The translations under genes and the position numbers were made by a program. 64,000 nt of DNA from a bacterium (GTDB lineage Bacteria; UBA8248). The notes under the pieces are model-generated. The model saw only the letters and a list, made by a program, of their open reading frames with translations, did not search any database and had not been told where the DNA came from. The stretch is taken from positions 192,001 through 256,000 of the forward strand of contig OZ253442.1 in the NCBI GenBank assembly GCA_965261085.1. Direction: 5' to 3'. The stretch's first letter is position 1; every line of letters begins with the position of its first letter. Of this stretch, positions 60,138-64,000 are shown piece by piece.

Positions 60138-60443
60138 ATGGGAAACACGATCAACAAGCACATCCGCGTTGACGAAGACCACTGGAAACGGATCGAAAAG
60201 GCCGCTCATGAGCGGGGGATTTCACCGAGCCGGTTGATGATCTCGGCGGCGCTCGAGGCGATCGAGGGACGGGAATGGCCTCGTACGGAAGCGGAAATCC
60301 ATCTGTTGCGCTCCGCAATGTTCGCCGCACAGGCCATCATCCGCGACATGGAGAGGGCAGGGCGAGAGGAAGAGATCGAGCAAATCAGCAGAAATATCTC
60401 CGAAGTCGCGACCGAATTGCCGGGCAAATCGGGGCGGGATTAA
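60138..60443 (+). CDS. Ribbon-helix-helix protein (probable relaxosome accessory)
   Basis: KHIRVDEDHWKRIEKAAHERGISPSRLM RHH pattern next to oriT; alternative start 60099. Confidence 0.7.
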   Translation: MGNTINKHIRVDEDHWKRIEKAAHERGISPSRLMISAALEAIEGREWPRTEAEIHLLRSAMFAAQAIIRDMERAGREEEIEQISRNISEVATELPGKSGRD

Positions 60444-60642
60444 GTCGGCTTCAAAAAAATTTGCGGGTGATGCGGGTAAGTTTCGGATGAGAATAGTAGT
60501 GTAGCTGACGGAAAGACAACTTTAAACGTTCGGGTTCGAGACGAAAAAGGATGAACTTTTCAAGGCAAAATCGGTCAAATAGATGCAAATTTAGGGAATT
60601 ATAAACTTAACTATGCAAATTAGCTCAAGCCCTTCAATATCT

Positions 60643-60858
60643 TTAACCTGTTTGAATTTTCGAAAGGCTTTCTTTGATATCTTCAAGTTGTCTGATAATT
60701 CCCGGATTTTCTTCCGTTCCATCCAGCAATCTATTCAAATCTTCTCTTAACAATTGATTACTTTTATCTATTCTGTCTGCCATCTTTTTTGCTAACATTC
60801 CAACCTCCTTTTCTAATTTATTCAAACGTTTCTTAATTGTATTTATATTGTTTGTCAT
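60643..60858 (-). CDS. Small coiled-coil hypothetical protein (IS passenger)
   Basis: GGAGAGG RBS; heptad pattern. Confidence 0.6.
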   Translation of the reverse strand: MTNNINTIKKRLNKLEKEVGMLAKKMADRIDKSNQLLREDLNRLLDGTEENPGIIRQLEDIKESLSKIQTG

Positions 60859-60984
60859 AACCCTCTCCCTAAAAAGAAATTCAATTTAATCTTTTTCAAT
60901 AATATCCATTCCGGTATAAACCTTCAATCACTCCAACAAAATCAATATTTCTTAAAATAAAATCAAAATATCTTATAATAACAC

Positions 60985-61013
60985 TTGACATATATTGCAT
61001 TATTTGATATAAT
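60985..61013 (+). promoter_or_regulatory. Perfect-consensus sigma70 promoter of the transposase
   Basis: TTGACA-N17-TATAAT exactly; AGGAG RBS before ATG 61041. Confidence 0.85.
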
Positions 61014-61040
61014 TTTATTATTGAATAGGAGATACACTCA

Positions 61041-61985
61041 ATGGCACACAAAGCACCCGGCAAGGCATTCAGAGAAGGTATTTCACTAATCGACCTTTTC
61101 AAGATGTTCCCCGATGAGGAAACCGCCACCGCATGGTTTGAATGCTTGAAGTGGGGCAAAGACCTTGAATATCTTTGTTGTCCTCGTTGCGGTTGCATGG
61201 ACAAAGTAAGTGTAGTCCCTTCAAAAAAACCTATGCCCTACTGGTGCGGTGATTGCCGACGCAATTTTAGTGTTCGAATTGGAACAGTCATGGAAAAATC
61301 AAGGATTCCCCTTCAAAAATGGGCAATCGCCATGTACCTGAATGTAACAAGCCTTAAAGGTGTTTCTTCAATGAAACTTCATCGAGACCTTGATATTTCC
61401 CAAAGGTCTGCTTGGTTCATGGGCCATAGAATCAGGGAAGCTATGAATAATGAAGAAGGATTGTTTGAAGGCCCTGTTGAAATCGATGAAACTTATGTAG
61501 GTGGTTTGGAAAGGAACAAACACGGGAAGAAGAAACTCAAGGCAGGACGCGGTGGAGTAGGTAAGGAAATCGTAGTTGGAATCAAGGATCGCAAAACCAA
61601 TAAAATTCATGTCGAAGTGGTGGAAGATACCAAGCAGGAAACATTACATGAAGTGGTGAATAGAAACGTTGATGATGATGCTGATAAGTTCACTGATGAA
61701 AATCGTTCATATAGGGGATTGAAGAACCACAAGAGAGTGAACCATAGCATGGGCAAGTGGGTTGATGAAATGGCTCACACAAACGGCATTGAATCCTTCT
61801 GGTCAATGTTCAAGCGGGGATTTCATGGAACCTACCACCGGATGAGCCGCAAGCAGTTGCATCGCTATATCAATGAATTTAGTGATAAACACAATATCCG
61901 ACCAATGGATACTATTTCCCAAATGGAAACTCTTGCCGGTAACATGGACGGCAAGAGACTAACCTATGAAGATTTGGTTGCTTAA
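61041..61985 (+). CDS. IS1595-family transposase
   Basis: Zn ribbon CPRC..CGDC, KGVSS..LHRDL, EIDETYVGG, FTDE, VNHS, HTNGIESFW and YINEF. Confidence 0.95.
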   Translation: MAHKAPGKAFREGISLIDLFKMFPDEETATAWFECLKWGKDLEYLCCPRCGCMDKVSVVPSKKPMPYWCGDCRRNFSVRIGTVMEKSRIPLQKWAIAMYLNVTSLKGVSSMKLHRDLDISQRSAWFMGHRIREAMNNEEGLFEGPVEIDETYVGGLERNKHGKKKLKAGRGGVGKEIVVGIKDRKTNKIHVEVVEDTKQETLHEVVNRNVDDDADKFTDENRSYRGLKNHKRVNHSMGKWVDEMAHTNGIESFWSMFKRGFHGTYHRMSRKQLHRYINEFSDKHNIRPMDTISQMETLAGNMDGKRLTYEDLVA

Positions 61986-61987
61986 TC

Positions 61988-62122
61988 ATGACGAAAATAG
62001 AAAACGATAAGAAGAAAGAAGAACAAAAGAAAGCGCGAGATTCTATCCCTTCGGAAGTGCATGAACAAGTAGAAGCCGTAGCAAAAAAGATTCTTGGAGT
62101 TCATAAAAAGAAGAAAAAGTAA
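61988..62122 (+). CDS. Small Lys-rich ORF directly after the transposase (44 aa)
   Basis: Starts 2 nt after the transposase stop; MTKIENDKKKEEQKK...VAKKILGVHKKKKK. Confidence 0.5.
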   Translation: MTKIENDKKKEEQKKARDSIPSEVHEQVEAVAKKILGVHKKKKK

Positions 62123-62144
62123 GATTTTCTTGTATAAATAGAAA

Positions 62145-62254
62145 CGGCGACACCCGGCAGTGGGAATTTTCCCTCGGTTGCTCTAAGGCTTGGAGGTAAG
62201 GCCACATCCCAACGCGGTGGTGGCACGTCCCTTAACCTGCCGGGTGTCTCGCCG
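62145..62254. ncRNA. Structured element A (long closing stem)
   Basis: GACACCCGGCAG/CTGCCGGGTGTC 12-bp perfect stem plus CGGC/GCCG; GC-rich island in AT-rich DNA. Confidence 0.45.
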
Positions 62255-62513
62255 CGCCGTTCCTTATCTTAATCATGTTATCCACTTCAAGTCAATTTCT
62301 TATACCCAACACAACCACAATGACACGAATCACAAGAATGATAATGAATGAAAAGAGACAACATGATATCCATGAAGAAGCAATGGAATGGGTTAATGAT
62401 AGTGTGATGTCTTGGATTCGGAATGGGGATGTTCTTGAGGAAATAATCAATAGAGGCTGGTTGTATTATGGAATCGTGGCGTATCGTGTGAACCATTCAA
62501 ACGAGGACAAAAA

Positions 62514-62723
62514 TTGAAAATCTTCCGTGAAAAAATTCGAACAACAAATGAAAAACGATGGGTTCAGGCATCCATAGAAGATAAGCATTGCATCAAGATA
62601 CGAAGCAAAAGGAATATGGTACGACTTCCCGATGATCGTGATGATATGTATTCAAGTCGTCTAGGCGTCAGGACATGGAAAAACTACCGGAAAAACCAAT
62701 GGAAAATGATTAAATTAATTTAA
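62514..62723 (+). CDS. Small basic hypothetical protein
   Basis: GAGG RBS, TTG start; RTTNEKR..IRSKR..LPDDRDD..RTWKNYRKNQWK. Confidence 0.5.
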   Translation: MKIFREKIRTTNEKRWVQASIEDKHCIKIRSKRNMVRLPDDRDDMYSSRLGVRTWKNYRKNQWKMIKLI

Positions 62724-62890
62724 TCTTGACTTTCTAATTTTTGTTTTTTCGTCAATTCTTCTAATTTTTTGGTATTTTTCAAATCGCCAACAACTCCCTT
62801 CTCAATAATATAGGTCTTTTATGGTAAAAATGCAAATTGTTCCGCTTCCGACTTCTCCCGGTTGAAATTGAGTCCATAATCGTAAATAGT

Positions 62891-62986
62891 GGGGATTACC
62901 CATCGCTCTTTTTTTCCAGACAGGAGGACTCAACTCTAATCTGGAACGACACTTCTTTCCACGAGGTTAACCGATGGGTAATCCCC
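62891..62986. ncRNA. Structured element B (long closing stem)
   Basis: Perfect 15-bp inverted repeat GGGGATTACCCATCG/CGATGGGTAATCCCC; inner TTCCAGA/TCTGGAA stem. Confidence 0.45.
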
Positions 62987-63057
62987 TGTCTACTTATTTC
63001 GCTACAGCCCTTGGATTGTTGTGTTGATATGGTGGTTGATTCAATTTCTCAATGCTC

Positions 63058-63312
63058 TTAACTTATAGCCTTAAAACCATTAACTACATTATTGTTGGTG
63101 GTCTCAACGAGCTTGCACACAACTTTAAGGCCGTTGTCCAATTGATCAATCCGGCCATCCATTTTGTCGAGCCGGCCATCCATTTTGTCGAGCCGACCAT
63201 CAATCTTGTCGAACCGAGCATCGTGCTCATCAAACCGACCATCAATCTTGTCGAAGCGATCATTCATATCACCGCGAAATTCCTTAAATGTTTGTCTTGT
63301 TTCATCGTCCAT
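63058..63312 (-). CDS. Small coiled-coil protein with 7-aa tandem repeats
   Basis: (F/L)DK(I/M)DGR heptads encoded by 21-bp tandem repeats at ~63151-63275; GGAGG RBS. Confidence 0.7.
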   Translation of the reverse strand: MDDETRQTFKEFRGDMNDRFDKIDGRFDEHDARFDKIDGRLDKMDGRLDKMDGRIDQLDNGLKVVCKLVETTNNNVVNGFKAIS

Positions 63313-63393
63313 AGATCAAACCTCCTTTACCTTCCTCCATTCTGTTTCATGGGTGCGAGGCTACACAATGTATAACCCCGCACCCAATAATTC

Positions 63394-64000
63394 TTATTTC
63401 TTTTCCGCGCCGAATGCGCCAGCAACTATTCCATTCACAAAATTACCATTGAACTCGCCGGTAGCCATAGTGGGAGCATCATCCCCACCGCCGCCGTATA
63501 GCATTCCTTCATAAGGCGCGTCGGTCCCGCCACCGTTCGTCATGCCGGAGAAAGCACCCGTGCCGGGGGTAATTTCTCCCTGTTTTAGCTTGAGCACCCA
63601 AGCGTTCATTTCCCCACCCGAGAGGTCGAAATTTGTGACCATGCCCTCGATAGTGTCCGCTTTGTTCACCGAAACGTCGTTCCCTCCAAATGATGCGGTC
63701 AGTTCCACATCAGCCATGAACGAGCCAGCCGTCACCTTCTCCTTGCTGCCATCCGCCTTGAGTGTGTCATAGGTGTAAACACCCGCCGCATTGCCTTCAT
63801 AAGTCGCCGTTCCCTCAACGTTGCTGTAATCAGGAGTAGTATCTGCATCCGCAAGAGACACGGCTCCGTGGAAGGTCTGAACGGCGCTGTACCCTTTATC
63901 GTTCTTCTTGAGCCAAAAACCGTAGTAATGGTAATCGGTATCCGCCACGTCAACCGTTGCGCCCGCGTCCGGCGTAAATCTGAACGTGCCCGTGAACGCC
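63394..64000 (-). CDS. Transferrin-binding-protein-like / Slam-dependent lipoprotein, C-terminal beta-barrel (starts beyond the window)
   Basis: YYGFWL, GTATYEGNAAGVY, F.ADVELTA.F, GEFNGNF.NG.VAGAFGA; frame open to the window end. Confidence 0.8.
   Translation of the reverse strand, partial: AFTGTFRFTPDAGATVDVADTDYHYYGFWLKKNDKGYSAVQTFHGAVSLADADTTPDYSNVEGTATYEGNAAGVYTYDTLKADGSKEKVTAGSFMADVELTASFGGNDVSVNKADTIEGMVTNFDLSGGEMNAWVLKLKQGEITPGTGAFSGMTNGGGTDAPYEGMLYGGGGDDAPTMATGEFNGNFVNGIVAGAFGAEKK

Larger units (their letters stand above)
25160..60500. mobile_element. Integrative conjugative element (MOBF relaxase, F-type T4SS, tandem integrases); ends approximate
   Basis: Integrases, relaxase, coupling protein, full tra set, leading region and oriT; no rep gene seen; visibly higher GC than flanks; att sites not identified. 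Confidence 0.85.
60596..63379. mobile_element. IS1595-family transposon with passenger ORFs (ends tentative)
   Basis: Sharp AT-rich block with an IS1595 transposase. Imperfect end repeats GGAATTATAAACT (60596) and reverse-complement GGGGTTATACATT (63367-63379); no target duplication found. Confidence 0.65.

Noticed and set aside
25022-60467. CCCGCAAAT / ATTTGCGGG inverted 9-mer as ICE termini
   Set aside because: Too short to distinguish from chance, and tyrosine-integrase att cores are direct repeats.
62275-62517. ORFs on either strand at 62275-62517
   Set aside because: Two overlapping short ORFs with no motif; I cannot tell which, if either, is real.
62145-62986. Elements A/B as integron attC sites, retron msr-msd, or hammerhead/twister/HDV ribozymes
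   Set aside because: No RYYYAAC..GTTRRRY ends, no integron integrase or reverse transcriptase nearby, and I could not fit the ribozyme cores.
63151-63275. CRISPR array
   Set aside because: Contiguous 21-bp coding repeats without spacers; no cas genes in the window.

Overview
The window has three parts. (1) 1-~25,100 is GC-rich bacterial host chromosome. It holds an MMPL/RND C-terminus, a MITE/REP nest and an orphan xanthine-dehydrogenase-family Mo subunit. Next is a catabolic cluster: two hydantoinase/oxoprolinase A+B pairs, a LeuA/DRE-TIM enzyme, an Fe3+-type ABC importer, a MmgE/PrpD enzyme and an ICL/PEP-mutase enzyme. It also holds several gene relics, a probable OsmC-like selenoprotein (in-frame TGA plus SECIS-like hairpin), tRNA-Phe, and a candidate sigma54-driven sRNA. 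(2) ~25,160-60,500 is a ~35 kb integrative conjugative element (ICE). It has two tandem tyrosine integrases, a MOBF relaxase, a coupling protein and an F-type tra operon (traG frameshifted, with a convergent entry-exclusion-like gene). Its leading region carries a ParB::strawberry-notch fusion, primase, ssb, DUF4326 and SLOG genes, an Frpo-like ssDNA promoter, and an F-like oriT nick site at ~59,707. (3) ~60,590-63,380 is an AT-rich IS1595-family transposon. Its small passenger ORFs are interleaved with two ~100-nt stem-loop elements that differ in stem sequence but share flanking motifs. The 3' end of a TbpB/Slam-type beta-barrel lipoprotein gene follows. All protein assignments come from motif recognition by eye; no database search was run.
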